This document shows positions 1 through 10,395 of a DNA stretch of 64,000 bases, one piece after another (the stretch's first letter is position 1; each line of letters opens with the position of its first letter). This DNA comes from Pseudomonadota bacterium (GTDB taxonomy: Bacteria > Desulfobacterota > Binatia > Binatales > Binataceae). The notes beneath the pieces were generated by a model that worked only from the letters and a program-made list of their open reading frames with translations, was not told the DNA's origin and made no database searches. The DNA is taken from positions 198,659 through 262,658 of the forward strand of contig JAJPIF010000022.1 in NCBI GenBank assembly GCA_021324885.1. The letters run 5' to 3'. A program made the translations under genes and the position numbers.

Positions 1-235
1 ACTGGCGAAGCTGCGCGAGTTGATGAAAGCCAACGGGCGCAACGCCGAACAATTGCGCGTCATGATGTCGCCCGGGGTTGCCCATTTCAGTCCCGCCAAT
101 CTGGCCAAATATCGCGACGCCGGCGTCCATGAACTGGTGATTTTCCTCAACTACAGCACCAAACAGGAGGAAAACATCGGCAAACTGGAGCATCTGGCAA
201 AGCGCTGGGTCGAACCCGCGGAAAAATTGGGATGA
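1..235 (+). CDS. C-terminal fragment of a probable LLM-class (luciferase-like) flavin-dependent oxidoreductase; 5' end lies outside the window
   Basis: Reading frame is open from window start (frame of 2..235) into the listed 20..235 ORF. Family assignment rests on a weak resemblance of the C-terminal region to LLM proteins and is tentative. Stop overlaps start of the next SDR gene (ATGA). Confidence 0.4.
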   Translation, partial: LAKLRELMKANGRNAEQLRVMMSPGVAHFSPANLAKYRDAGVHELVIFLNYSTKQEENIGKLEHLAKRWVEPAEKLG

Positions 236-1038
236 CGGCGATGAGACTGGCGGATAAAGTCTGTCTGGTCACCGGCAGCGCGTCAGGAATCGGCGAAGCC
301 TGCGTCAAAACCTATGCGCGCGAGGGCGGCAAGGTGATCATCGTCGATCGCGATCTGGAAGGTGCGCAGCGCGTGGCCGGCGAAATCCGCAGCGCGGGCG
401 GCGTCGCCGAAGTGTTCCGCGCCAATGTCGCCAAGCCCGACGAGGTCGAGGCGATGGTGCGGTTTGCGCTCGATCGGTTCGGGCGGCTGGACGTGCTGCA
501 CAACAACGCCATGTTCAGCGTCTTTTCCAAGCGCACGGCGGATATTGATCTGCAAGGATGGCAGCGCACGCTCGATGTCAGCCTCACCGCGTACTGGTAC
601 GGGATCAAGGCCGCGATCAACCAGGCGATGCTGGCGCAGGGCAAGGGTTCGATCATCAATACCGCGTCGACCTCAGGGCTGACCGGCGACTATTTGCAAT
701 GCGCGTACAACGTCGCCAAGGCGGGAGTGATCAATTTGACGCGGGTCACGGCGATCGAGTACGCCCGCAAGGGAATCCGCTGCAACGCGATCTGTCCGGG
801 TCCCACGCTGACCCAGGGAATGCAGTTGGGAATCGAAAAGGGTTTCAGCGACGCCAAATACCTGGCCGAGGGCGTGCCGATGGGCCGGATGGCGACGCCG
901 CAGGAGATCGCCAACGTCGGCCTGTTCCTCGCCTCCGACGAGTCATCGTTCGTGACCGGCACCGCCGTCATCGCCGACGGCGGTCTGACCGCCCACAGCG
1001 GCATGCGTTACGCCCCCGGCCGAGGCCCCGACTGGTAG
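232..1038 (+). CDS. SDR family NAD(P)-dependent oxidoreductase (short-chain dehydrogenase)
   Basis: 268 aa; N-terminal TGSASGIG Rossmann motif, NNA, catalytic YNVAK motif; classic SDR length. Confidence 0.85.
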   Translation: MTAMRLADKVCLVTGSASGIGEACVKTYAREGGKVIIVDRDLEGAQRVAGEIRSAGGVAEVFRANVAKPDEVEAMVRFALDRFGRLDVLHNNAMFSVFSKRTADIDLQGWQRTLDVSLTAYWYGIKAAINQAMLAQGKGSIINTASTSGLTGDYLQCAYNVAKAGVINLTRVTAIEYARKGIRCNAICPGPTLTQGMQLGIEKGFSDAKYLAEGVPMGRMATPQEIANVGLFLASDESSFVTGTAVIADGGLTAHSGMRYAPGRGPDW

Positions 1039-1085
1039 TGTTTCCTGATGGGCCGCAGCGCCCGCCAACGGTGTAGTTGGTTCCC

Positions 1086-1859
1086 TCAACGCGCGGTGAC
1101 GCCGCCGTCGATCACGAAGACGGCGCCGGTCACGAAGCTTGATTCGTCGGACGCCAGATACAGGGCGCAGTAGGCTATATCGTCGGGCGTTCCCAGGCGC
1201 TGGATCGGCGAGAAGCGGAACGGGCGATTCGCGTTCTTGAGCGGGCCGACTACCGGTTCGACCATCGGGGTGTCGATCACGCCGGGGCAGATACAATTGA
1301 CGCGGATGTTTTTCGGTCCGAATTCGACCGCCAGCGCGCGGCTCAGCGAAATCATCCCGCCCTTGGCCGCGGTGTATGCGTGCGCATCCTCGCCGCCGAT
1401 CAGCGCCGCGATTGACGAAGTATTGATAATCGAGCCGCCTCCCGTCCTGATCATTTCGGGAATTGCGTATTTGCAGGTCAGAAACACGCTTTTCAGGTTG
1501 ATCGCGAGCACGCGATCCCAGTCTTCTTCGGGCGTTTTGAGAATGTCGCGCATCGACAGTGACGAGGAGTAGCCGACGCCCGCATTGTTGTAGAGCACGT
1601 CGATCCGGCCATATGACTGGAGCGCTTCGTCGATAACCCTGCGCACATCGGCGGAGGCGGACACGTCCGCAGCGATGTGTATCGCCTTGCCTCCGGCGTC
1701 GCGGACCTGCGCCGCGGTCTGCTCGCCGGATTCCGCCTTCCAGTCGCTGGCGACGATTTTTGCGCCTTCCCGGGCAAAGAGCAGGGCGGCGGCGCGTCCC
1801 TGACCTCCGCCTGCACCGGTGATGATCGCAACTTTGTTTTTCAATCTCAGCTCAGCCAT
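1086..1859 (-). CDS. SDR family oxidoreductase (second paralog)
   Basis: The 437-aa listed ORF is an over-extension. Real start is the internal ATG (MAELRLKNKVAIITGAGGGQG...), preceded by AAGGAAA RBS. TGAGGGxG motif, NNAG, YTAAK catalytic motif. Confidence 0.8.
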   Translation of the reverse strand: MAELRLKNKVAIITGAGGGQGRAAALLFAREGAKIVASDWKAESGEQTAAQVRDAGGKAIHIAADVSASADVRRVIDEALQSYGRIDVLYNNAGVGYSSSLSMRDILKTPEEDWDRVLAINLKSVFLTCKYAIPEMIRTGGGSIINTSSIAALIGGEDAHAYTAAKGGMISLSRALAVEFGPKNIRVNCICPGVIDTPMVEPVVGPLKNANRPFRFSPIQRLGTPDDIAYCALYLASDESSFVTGAVFVIDGGVTAR

Positions 1860-1885
1860 CGGATTTCCTTTTTGTGAGACCTCGC

Positions 1886-2323
1886 CTACACGCGCGGAAT
1901 GCGCGACCCGATCTCGCTGGCGATGTTTGAAGCGAGCCAGCACACCCCCGCCGCATAGCCGGCATATTTGTGCGCCGCCCGCAGGGCCGTTGAGTCGTGC
2001 GCACGAACCTTTCGCGCCAGCACCATCGAGACGCCCAGTATCGGCATCAGCGCCATCAGGGCGAAATACATCAACCCGACGTTTTGGTGGAACGCCATAA
2101 AGCGGATGTGCCAGGGATTTGTAATCGGCGTCCGCGGCAGGTTCAGAACCGTGATCGTGTTCATGTAAACGACGAAGATGCTGAGGAACAGCGCCAGGGC
2201 CCATCGCGTAACGTGCCCTGCCGTGCCCTTGGCGCCTGGGTATTGCCAAAAGAGCAGCACGCCGGTCAGCAGCGTCAACGTGGCCGAGAGTGGATAGTTC
2301 CAGAACGCAAACAGGTAGCGCAT
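1886..2323 (-). CDS. small integral membrane protein (about 4 TM helices), probably co-transcribed with the downstream SDR
   Basis: Hydrophobic 145-aa ORF; GAGGA RBS 9 nt before ATG at 2323; ends 27 bp before the SDR start. Confidence 0.5.
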   Translation of the reverse strand: MRYLFAFWNYPLSATLTLLTGVLLFWQYPGAKGTAGHVTRWALALFLSIFVVYMNTITVLNLPRTPITNPWHIRFMAFHQNVGLMYFALMALMPILGVSMVLARKVRAHDSTALRAAHKYAGYAAGVCWLASNIASEIGSRIPRV

Positions 2324-2440
2324 TCTCAAAATCCTCAGCGCCGATCTTACCTGATTTCCAACCGGGCCGGGACTGCGGTCGGAACCACTTGCACTTCACA
2401 AGCGCGCCGGTGAATATCGGCCTGAAACTGGAGGCAGACC

Positions 2441-3409
2441 ATGGCGGATTTGGGAATCGTAATCGCGCCGGGAGCGGAGCCGTACTCGACGCTCGGGGAA
2501 CTCGCTCGCGCAGCCGAAGAGGCCGGCTTCAGCGCAATTTTCGTCTCCGAATCCAACAACGACGCTATCCTGTCGTGCGCCGAGATGGCGCGTGCGACCA
2601 GCCGCATCAAGCTGGTGACGTGGATCGTCAATATTCACTTCCGCGTGCCCGTCACCTGCGCAGCGGCTGCGGCGATGGTTCAGGAAATGTCTGGCGGGCG
2701 TTTTATCCTGGGGCTGGGCGTCAGTCATCGCCCGCTGCTGGAATCGTTGGGGATCGAGATGGGCAACGGACGCGAGCGCCTGCGCGCCTATACAGTTGAA
2801 GTGCGCCGTCTGCTGCGCGGCGAGACGCTGGCACCCGGGGTTGCGCTGCGATTGAGCGCGCCGCGCCATCGGGTTCCGATCTATTATGCGGCGCTGGCGC
2901 TGGAAACCGCGCGGATGGCGGGCGAACTCGCCGACGGTATCGAACTCTACATGTGCCCGCCGCAACGGATGCAGCGTCTGGCGCGGGCCGCGCGTGACGA
3001 AGCCATCCGGCACGGCCGCAAGCCTTCCGACGTCACGGTCACGATGGGGCTGCCGGCGTTCGTGCACGATAATTTGGATCGCGCGATGGCGGCAGCGCGG
3101 CGGCGGCTGGCATTTTACGGATCGCTGCCGTTTTACAACCGGCAGATGGCGAAGGCGGGATTCGAGGCCGAAGCGCAGGCGGCGATGGCCGCTGCCCAGC
3201 GCGGCGACAGGACAGCGGCCGAGGCGGCGATGTCGGATCGCTTGCTGGATTCGATGGCGCTGATCGGCCCGCCTTCGCGATGCCTCGAGAAACTGGCGGC
3301 ATTCCGCGAAGCCGGCGCAGAACTCCCAATCATCCGGCCCAACGAGATCGATCAGGATCAAAACGCCACGATCCGCAGCGCGATCGAGGTGTTTGCGAAA
3401 GCTCTGTAG
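2441..3409 (+). CDS. LLM-class flavin-dependent oxidoreductase (luciferase-like monooxygenase family)
   Basis: 322 aa; N-terminal region with ...GFSAIFVSESNND... and GLGVSHRP motifs typical of luciferase-like monooxygenases. Confidence 0.8.
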   Translation: MADLGIVIAPGAEPYSTLGELARAAEEAGFSAIFVSESNNDAILSCAEMARATSRIKLVTWIVNIHFRVPVTCAAAAAMVQEMSGGRFILGLGVSHRPLLESLGIEMGNGRERLRAYTVEVRRLLRGETLAPGVALRLSAPRHRVPIYYAALALETARMAGELADGIELYMCPPQRMQRLARAARDEAIRHGRKPSDVTVTMGLPAFVHDNLDRAMAAARRRLAFYGSLPFYNRQMAKAGFEAEAQAAMAAAQRGDRTAAEAAMSDRLLDSMALIGPPSRCLEKLAAFREAGAELPIIRPNEIDQDQNATIRSAIEVFAKAL

Positions 3410-3543
3410 CCGCCAGCCCATCCCGGCGATTCTCTCCGGATGTGGGAGGTGAACACAAACACCTGCGCAACGGTCGGAGTATTCAGCTTCATCACCTGGT
3501 AATGCATTTGCGGGGATAGCTATGAGGTCGCGGTTGCGCGCGA

Positions 3544-4260
3544 CTAGAACTTTTCTTTGAACGGGCGCAGCTCGGTCTCGACTGTCCATGCGCTGCGATC
3601 CTGATGCGCCAGATGCCAGTAGGTTTCGGCGATCGCATCGGGATTAAGCAGATCTTCCTTTTTCATGTTTGGAATAGACCGGTTGGGCAGATCGATTACG
3701 CCGTCGATATTGATCCACGCGACGTGAATTCCCCTGGGGCCGAGGTCGCGCGCCAGGGATTGTGCCAGTCCCCGTTTGGCAAAGCTGGCCGGCCCGAATG
3801 CCACCGACCGCGCACCCGCTTTTACGCCTGCGGTGGCGCCGGTGAAAAGAATCACTCCTCGCCCACGCGCGACCATCGAGGGAACGCATTCCTTAACGCA
3901 CAGGAAAGCTCCTAATGCGTTAATGCGCAGGCAATTCTCGAACTGCTCGGGCGACACTTCGCCGAGACTGCCGAACGGTCCGGCGCCGGCGTTATAAAGC
4001 AGCACGTCGACCTCGCCCAGGCGTTCGCGAATCAATTTGAATGCTGCCACGACCTGGGCGCGATCTCCGGCGTCGGCCTGCACTTCCAGCGCCTCGCCGC
4101 CATTGTGCCGGATCTCGCCTGCCAGCTTGCGCGGGAAATCCGTTCCGCGGGCCACGATCGCGACCGCATACTGGCGGGCGAAACGCCGCGCCAGCGATGC
4201 GCCCAAACCCGGTCCGACGCCGATTACCACAGCTACGGGCCGCGCTTCGGTTTCCGCCAT
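3544..4260 (-). CDS. SDR family oxidoreductase (third paralog)
   Basis: 238 aa; VIGVGPGLGASLARRFA glycine-rich motif, NAG motif, SDR length. Confidence 0.8.
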   Translation of the reverse strand: MAETEARPVAVVIGVGPGLGASLARRFARQYAVAIVARGTDFPRKLAGEIRHNGGEALEVQADAGDRAQVVAAFKLIRERLGEVDVLLYNAGAGPFGSLGEVSPEQFENCLRINALGAFLCVKECVPSMVARGRGVILFTGATAGVKAGARSVAFGPASFAKRGLAQSLARDLGPRGIHVAWINIDGVIDLPNRSIPNMKKEDLLNPDAIAETYWHLAHQDRSAWTVETELRPFKEKF

Positions 4261-4438
4261 CGAAAAATCCTCCCCGGATTGCGTTTAACTGAGATTGTCT
4301 CTCAAGGATGGCGCCGCAAGCGCCAAATTCACAAGCGCATTTTTTTCGGGCTTCGCGCCTTGCCCTTAATTCGCGCCGGAACTACATGTCAGGATACACG
4401 ATGGTATGGCGATACGCTGAACGTCAGGAGAGTCCGTC

Positions 4439-5620
4439 ATGGAATACCAGCACGAGGAATTTCACAAGCTGAAATATCCCGGCGCGATCGACGCCGACGG
4501 TCACTTCATTGAAGGGCCTAAGTTGTGGCTGGAATACAGCGAGGCGAAATACAAGCCGCGCGCGCTGCAGTTCAAATGGACCGACGATCACGTGCAGTAC
4601 CTGGAAATCAACGGACGACCCTCCAAAGTCTCCCGCGGCGCTACCGTGAGCGGGGCGATTTTCGGCCGATTTGGAAATACGCGCGAGAGCGAGCGCTGGG
4701 ATCCCAATGTTCCATACGGGGAATGTGCCCATCCCGCGATCGGCGCATTTGACGCCAAAGGACGAATCGAGCGGCTTGACCGCGAAGGACTGAAGGCCGC
4801 CGTCATCTATCCGACCCTGGCGCTGCAATGGGAGACCGAATGCGACGACGCCGATTACGCCCAGGCCATGTGCCGCGCCTATAACCGCGCTGTTGTCGAC
4901 TGGTGCTCGGAGGACAAGACCCGGCTGTTTTGCGCCGCGCATCTGTCTTTGGGCGATCCGCAGGCCGCGGCCGCCGAACTGGAGCGGGCGGTCAAGGACG
5001 GACACAAGGGCGGATGGGTCGCGCAGTTCACGATGACGCGCAAACCCCACGCGCATCCCGATCATGACGTGCTGTTCGCCAAGGCGCAGGAACTGGACGT
5101 GCCGCTGGGAATCCATCCGACGTGGGAGCCGCCGTGGGCATTCTCGGGGCGTTACGCGTTCGAGTATGTGCATCGGCACAACTTCTGGATCAACGTGACC
5201 GCGGGCGAATCGATCCGCCAGGCGCTGACCAGCTTCATGCAATACGGCACCTTCGAGAAATTCCCGCGCCTTAAACTGGTGCTGCTGGAAGCGGGCGCCG
5301 GATGGATCAGTTACTATCTGGATCGGATGGATGCGGCATTTTCCAGCTATGCCGGGCGCAAGGTGCCGCTGAAGGAAAAACCCAGCTTCTATTTCCATCG
5401 CAACGTCTGGATTTCCGGCGATCCCGACGAACGCTCACTGCCCGCGATCGTCGAACTGGAGGGGGCCGACAAGTTCTTTTGGGCCTCGGATTTTCCCCAT
5501 TCCGACCACGTCGCCAACTATATCGAGGAGCTGGAGGAGATGGCGGACAAGCTGCCGCCGGCCGCGCGCCAGAAGGTGCTGGGAGACAACGTCGCGCAAC
5601 TCTACAAGCTTTATTCGTAG
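4439..5620 (+). CDS. amidohydrolase-2 family protein (ACMSD/LigW-like metal-dependent hydrolase/decarboxylase fold)
   Basis: 393 aa; ...IDADGHF... start, C-terminal ...FFWASDFPHSDH... motif typical of PF04909. Confidence 0.8.
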   Translation: MEYQHEEFHKLKYPGAIDADGHFIEGPKLWLEYSEAKYKPRALQFKWTDDHVQYLEINGRPSKVSRGATVSGAIFGRFGNTRESERWDPNVPYGECAHPAIGAFDAKGRIERLDREGLKAAVIYPTLALQWETECDDADYAQAMCRAYNRAVVDWCSEDKTRLFCAAHLSLGDPQAAAAELERAVKDGHKGGWVAQFTMTRKPHAHPDHDVLFAKAQELDVPLGIHPTWEPPWAFSGRYAFEYVHRHNFWINVTAGESIRQALTSFMQYGTFEKFPRLKLVLLEAGAGWISYYLDRMDAAFSSYAGRKVPLKEKPSFYFHRNVWISGDPDERSLPAIVELEGADKFFWASDFPHSDHVANYIEELEEMADKLPPAARQKVLGDNVAQLYKLYS

Positions 5621-5629
5621 GCGGCGCTC

Positions 5630-6415
5630 ATGGATAACCCCGAAGTTCGCGTCGAAATCAAAGATCATATCGCCACGGTCACGATGGACCGGCCGCCCGT
5701 CAATGCGATGAGCCAGAGCCTGGTCGTTGCCCTCGCGGAGGCGTTCGATTCCTTTGACGACCTGCCCGAGGTGCGCGTCGCGATTCTGACTGGCGCCGGC
5801 AAATGTTTTTGCGCCGGCGCCGATCTCAAAGCGCGCGGGGCCAGCGCGAGCAAGACGCCCCGGCGTCCGGGAGCGCAGCGCATCTATTCGCGCGCGGGAC
5901 GCGAGGCGTTCAACTCGATCATGGAATGTCCGGTGCCGGTGATCGGCGCGATCAATGGCCCGGCGCTGGGCGGCGGACTGTGCATGGCGGCGGCCTGCGA
6001 CATCCTGGTCGCGGCGGAAAACGCCACGATTGGCCTGCCCGAGATCGACGTCGGTCTGCTGGGTGGCGGACGCCATGCGCAGCGCATGTTCGGGGTTTAC
6101 AAGGCGCGGATGCTGATGTTCACCGGCCAGCGCGTGAGCGGCGCGGAGTTGTACCGCCGCGGTATCGTCGAGCAATGCGTGCCGTCAGAGCGCCTGATGG
6201 ATGCGGCCATGGAGATCGCAACCAACATCGCGGAAAAAAGCCCGCTGGCGATCCGGATGGCGAAGAAAAATATGGCCACCATCGAGTTCATGAACGTCCG
6301 CGACGGCTACCGTTACGAGCAGGACGGCACCAACGCGCTGATCCACAGCGAAGATTCCAGAGAAGCTGTCCGAGCATTCCTGGAAAAGCGCAAGCCGGAT
6401 TTCAAGAACCGGTAA
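5630..6415 (+). CDS. enoyl-CoA hydratase/isomerase (crotonase) family protein
   Basis: 261 aa; GAGKCFCAGADLK oxyanion-hole motif and crotonase-fold spacing. Confidence 0.85.
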   Translation: MDNPEVRVEIKDHIATVTMDRPPVNAMSQSLVVALAEAFDSFDDLPEVRVAILTGAGKCFCAGADLKARGASASKTPRRPGAQRIYSRAGREAFNSIMECPVPVIGAINGPALGGGLCMAAACDILVAAENATIGLPEIDVGLLGGGRHAQRMFGVYKARMLMFTGQRVSGAELYRRGIVEQCVPSERLMDAAMEIATNIAEKSPLAIRMAKKNMATIEFMNVRDGYRYEQDGTNALIHSEDSREAVRAFLEKRKPDFKNR

Positions 6416-6452
6416 AGTGGTGGAACCAGCAGCCAAAAATGGAGTAACTGCC

Positions 6453-7625
6453 ATGTCTCAAAACGGTGAGAAAATCTACCGGACCAAACACAAGGGCGTT
6501 ATCGACGCCGACGGGCACGTGCTGGAAGACGCGACCTTGTGGGAACGGTATTGCGAGGAGAAGTATCGTCCTTACGCGGTGCGGTTGGGAGTGGACGACG
6601 AGGGTTACCAACGGCTGGAAGTCAACGGCAAACCGTCCAAATTCATTCATCATGGCGTGCTCGGAATCCTGGGCGCGATGGGGATGTTGTCGCGCGAAAA
6701 CTGGCGCTGGGACTTCCATCGTAAATGGGGCGAGGTCGCGGCTTGGGGCGCTGTTAATGCCAAGGATCGGATCGAGCGGCTGGAGAAGGAAAATCTCGCC
6801 GCCGCTATCATTTATCCGACCATCGGACTGGGATGGGAATGCGAATGTCAGGACGCCGAGGTGGCGCAGGCGATGTGTCGCGCCTATAACCGTTGGATCG
6901 TCGACTGGTGTTCGGAAAGCGCGGGCAAGCTGATCCCGGTTGCTCACCTGTCGCTGATGGATCCGCAAGCTTCAGCCCGCGAAATGCAGCGCGCCGTGAA
7001 AGACGGATGCAAGGGCGCGTGGGTGGGATCGTTCTGCCATACCCGCAAGCCCCACGGCCATCCCGACCACGACCCGCTGTTTGCGATGGCGCAGGAGCTG
7101 GATATCCCGCTTGGCATCCATCCGACGGTCTCGCCCCTATGGGCGCACTCGGGCCTGTATGATCGTCAATACACCGGCCGTCAACGATTCTTCGACAACG
7201 TGATTGGCACCGACGCGGCCCGCCAGGTTCTGACCAGCCTGATCCAATACGGAACCTTCGACAAATTCCCGAATTTGAAAATCGTGGTGCTCGAATCGGG
7301 CGCCGGATGGGTCAGTTATTTGCTCGACCGCTGGGACGACGTGTGGAAGAGCCATTTCGGCCATACGCTGTCGATCAAGCACAAGCCGAGCGAATACTTC
7401 AGGCGCAATATCTACATCTCGGCCGATCCGGACGAGCACGCATTGCCCGCGATGATCCAGCTATGCGGGGAGGACCGATTCTTTTGGGCTTCGGACTTCC
7501 CGCATCCGGATCACATCGGTGACTATCTGGAAGAGCTGGATGAGATCGCCGCGAAATTGAAGCCGCCGGCGCGCAAAAAGCTCCTGGGCGATAACGTCAG
7601 GCAGGCCTATCACCTGAGCGTGTGA
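6453..7625 (+). CDS. amidohydrolase-2 family protein, paralog of 4439..5620
   Basis: Same family motifs (IDADGHV, ...FFWASDFPHPDH...) and same length. Start set at ATG with GGAG RBS; the listed ORF begins 36 nt earlier. Confidence 0.8.
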   Translation: MSQNGEKIYRTKHKGVIDADGHVLEDATLWERYCEEKYRPYAVRLGVDDEGYQRLEVNGKPSKFIHHGVLGILGAMGMLSRENWRWDFHRKWGEVAAWGAVNAKDRIERLEKENLAAAIIYPTIGLGWECECQDAEVAQAMCRAYNRWIVDWCSESAGKLIPVAHLSLMDPQASAREMQRAVKDGCKGAWVGSFCHTRKPHGHPDHDPLFAMAQELDIPLGIHPTVSPLWAHSGLYDRQYTGRQRFFDNVIGTDAARQVLTSLIQYGTFDKFPNLKIVVLESGAGWVSYLLDRWDDVWKSHFGHTLSIKHKPSEYFRRNIYISADPDEHALPAMIQLCGEDRFFWASDFPHPDHIGDYLEELDEIAAKLKPPARKKLLGDNVRQAYHLSV

Positions 7626-7631
7626 GCGGCG

Positions 7632-8960
7632 TCAGATCGAGGTATCGACCGCGTCTTCGCGATTGACCGGGACCGGTCGCTTTTCGATCGGCACCCACGA
7701 GCGCAGCTTCTCGCCGATAAACAACTGGCGCGGTCGCGAGATCTTCTGTTCCGGGTCGCGGACCATCTCGGCCCATTGCGACAGCCATCCGGAAGTTCGC
7801 GGGATCGCAAACAGGACCGGAAACATCTGGGTCGGAAAACCCATCGCCTGGTAGATGATGCCGGAATAGAAATCGACGTTGGGGTAGAGTTTGCGGCTGA
7901 CGAAATAATCGTCCTGCAGCGCAATGCGCTCCAGTTCCTGCGCGATCTCAATCAGCGGATTGGCGCCGGTGACCTCAAAAACCTCGTAAGCCATCTTTTT
8001 GAGAATCTTGGCGCGCGGGTCGTAATTCTTGTACACGCGATGGCCAAAGCCCATCAGGCGGCCTTCACCAGCTTTGAACTTCTTGACCGCCTCGGGCACG
8101 TTTTTGACCGAACCGATCTGTTCCAGCATCCGCACCACCGCCTCGTTGGCACCGCCGTGCAGCGGTCCGTACAGCGCGGCAATGGCGGCGGCAGTGGCGG
8201 AATACGGGTCCACCTGGGAGCTGCCGACCGAGCGCATCGCGTTGGTCGAGCAGTTCTGCTCATGGTCGGCGTGCAAAATGAACAGCACGTCGATCGCGCG
8301 TTCCAGCACCGGATTGGGTTTGTAGTTCGGCTCCGTCATCCGGAACAGCATCGAGAGAAAGTTCCCGGCATAACTCAGCTCATTATCGGGGTAGACGTAT
8401 GGCAGGCCGCGGGTATGGCGATAGGCCCAGGCCGCCAGGGTCGGCATTTTGCCGATCAGACGGCGCGTTTGCAGACGGCGCGACTCCAAATCGTGGATAT
8501 TCGCCGCGTCTGGGTAAAACGTGGAGAGCGCCCCGACCGTACCCACCAGCATCCCCATCGGATGGGCGTCGTAACGGAAGCCTTCCATGAACTTTTTGAT
8601 GTTCTCGTGCACCATCGTGTGCACTTTGATGTTGTGCTCCCACATCTGGAAATGTTTGGAGTCGGGGAGTTCGCCCTTGACGATCAGGTACGCGGTTTCC
8701 AGGTAATTGCTGTGCTCAGCAAGTTCCTCGATCGGGTAGCCGCGGTAGCGCAGGATCCCCTTGTCCCCGTCGATAAACGTGATGCGGCTCTTGCACGACG
8801 CCGTGTTGGTGAACGCCGGATCGTAGGACATCAGGCCAAAATCCTCGGCTGAGACCTTGATCTGGCGCAGGTCGGCGGCCCGAATTGCGCCGTTTTCGAT
8901 CGGGATTTCGTACTGCTTGCCAGTGCGATTATCGATAATGCTCAGACTGTCCTTGGCCAT
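7632..8960 (-). CDS. gltA: citrate synthase (type II, hexameric type)
   Basis: 442 aa; strong family similarity along full length, including conserved catalytic region (...GFGHRVYK..., ...MGFPT...). Confidence 0.9.
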   Translation of the reverse strand: MAKDSLSIIDNRTGKQYEIPIENGAIRAADLRQIKVSAEDFGLMSYDPAFTNTASCKSRITFIDGDKGILRYRGYPIEELAEHSNYLETAYLIVKGELPDSKHFQMWEHNIKVHTMVHENIKKFMEGFRYDAHPMGMLVGTVGALSTFYPDAANIHDLESRRLQTRRLIGKMPTLAAWAYRHTRGLPYVYPDNELSYAGNFLSMLFRMTEPNYKPNPVLERAIDVLFILHADHEQNCSTNAMRSVGSSQVDPYSATAAAIAALYGPLHGGANEAVVRMLEQIGSVKNVPEAVKKFKAGEGRLMGFGHRVYKNYDPRAKILKKMAYEVFEVTGANPLIEIAQELERIALQDDYFVSRKLYPNVDFYSGIIYQAMGFPTQMFPVLFAIPRTSGWLSQWAEMVRDPEQKISRPRQLFIGEKLRSWVPIEKRPVPVNREDAVDTSI

Positions 8961-9191
8961 AACCCGCTCCCTGATCGCGCTGAGGCTGCAAACCTTAAAT
9001 TACTGCGTTGTGTGGGCTCGACCAAGAGCCGATATTGCGGGTGGCGCGGCTGGGAGCCCGCGCAATGCTCTGCCCTGCTTAAGCAGATGACGAGAAAAGC
9101 ATCGAGCCTTGTAAATGAGAAACAAGAAAAGAGCGTCAGCCGGAATTCACAAGCGGATTGGTTCTGCCTCTCTTTTCCCGTTTCTCCTGTC

Positions 9192-10286
9192 TCACTCCGG
9201 GAACATCAGGATCGTGCGGACCACCTCACCGGCTTTCATCGCGCGGAAGGCTTCGTTCAAATCCTCCAGGCGGCCGTGGCGGCTGACCATGTCGTCCAGA
9301 TTGAGGCGCCCCTGCTGATAGAGCTCGACCAGGCGGGGCGCGTCGATGCGCCAGCGCGTCGATCCGCTCAGACATCCCTGAATTTTGCGCTCGCCGCTAA
9401 TCACGAAGCCCGGCGTGAATTCGATGTTCTGACCGGCCGGCAGCAATCCGATTAGGGTTGCCGTCCCGCGCACCGCCAGGCACTGGATCGCCGCCTCCGC
9501 GGTTTTTTTGGTGCCTACCGCCTCGAAGGAATAATCGACGCCGCCGCCGCCCGCGATCTTACGGATCTCCTCGACCGGGTCGCTGTTCGACGCGTCCACC
9601 GCATGGGTGGCACCCAGGCGGCGCGCGATCGCCAGTTTGTTCTCGGCGATATCCACGGCGATGATCCGGCGCGCGCCGGCGATTCGCGCGGCCTGGATCG
9701 CGGAAAGGCCGATTCCACCGGCGCCGAACACTGCCACCGTCGTGCCCGGCTGGACCTTGGCGGTATTGAACACCGCGCCCGCTCCGGTCATCACGCCGCA
9801 TCCGATAAGGGAGGCCTTGTCGAGCGGGATGTCCTTGTCGATTTTCACCAGCGCATGTTCATGCACCAGCATCTTTTCGGCAAATCCGGCGCCGTCGGCG
9901 AGCCCCGTGATTTTCCTGCCATTGAGCATCATGCGCGGGCGCTCATGGGGTTTGCGCTGGGTCGAGACGCGATTGATGCACTGGTTGGGGGCGCCCGACA
10001 GGCACATCGTGCAGTGACCGCAGTAGACCGTCACGCGCGCGATTACGTGATCGCCCGGGGCGAACTCCGTCACCTCTTCGCCGACCTTTTCCACGATCCC
10101 CGCCGGCTCATGGCCCAGGATAATCGGCCCGGAAAAAGGCATCTTGCCTTCGACAATATGGAGGTCGCTGTGGCATACGCCGCTGGCGATATTTTTCACC
10201 AGCACCTCATGTCCATGCGGGTCATCGATATCGATCTCCTGGATCTGGAGCGGCTTGCCTGGTTCGTAAAAAACCGATGCCTTCAT
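9192..10286 (-). CDS. zinc-dependent alcohol dehydrogenase (MDR family)
   Basis: GHEPAGIV and C-x2-C-x2-C-x7-C structural zinc motif, GAGGIG NAD site. Start moved to MKAS (AGGAGG RBS 5 nt upstream). Confidence 0.85.
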   Translation of the reverse strand: MKASVFYEPGKPLQIQEIDIDDPHGHEVLVKNIASGVCHSDLHIVEGKMPFSGPIILGHEPAGIVEKVGEEVTEFAPGDHVIARVTVYCGHCTMCLSGAPNQCINRVSTQRKPHERPRMMLNGRKITGLADGAGFAEKMLVHEHALVKIDKDIPLDKASLIGCGVMTGAGAVFNTAKVQPGTTVAVFGAGGIGLSAIQAARIAGARRIIAVDIAENKLAIARRLGATHAVDASNSDPVEEIRKIAGGGGVDYSFEAVGTKKTAEAAIQCLAVRGTATLIGLLPAGQNIEFTPGFVISGERKIQGCLSGSTRWRIDAPRLVELYQQGRLNLDDMVSRHGRLEDLNEAFRAMKAGEVVRTILMFPE

Positions 10287-10395
10287 TGAATCCTCCTGAG
10301 GTTCGGACAATGCGCTTGAAATTGGCAGGCCGGCGCCCGCCCGTTGAGGCTCTTAGCATAAACGCGAGCGGCTGACAGCGGCGATAAGCCCTGGA

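Noticed and set aside
1086-2399. 437-aa ORF as listed
   Set aside because: N-terminal 180 aa is an over-extension through the upstream membrane-protein gene region; true SDR starts at internal ATG with RBS (1859)
2396-3589. 397-aa minus-strand ORF antisense to the LLM oxidoreductase gene
   Set aside because: Arg/Ala-rich low-complexity translation typical of shadow ORFs in high-GC DNA; fully overlaps a well-supported gene
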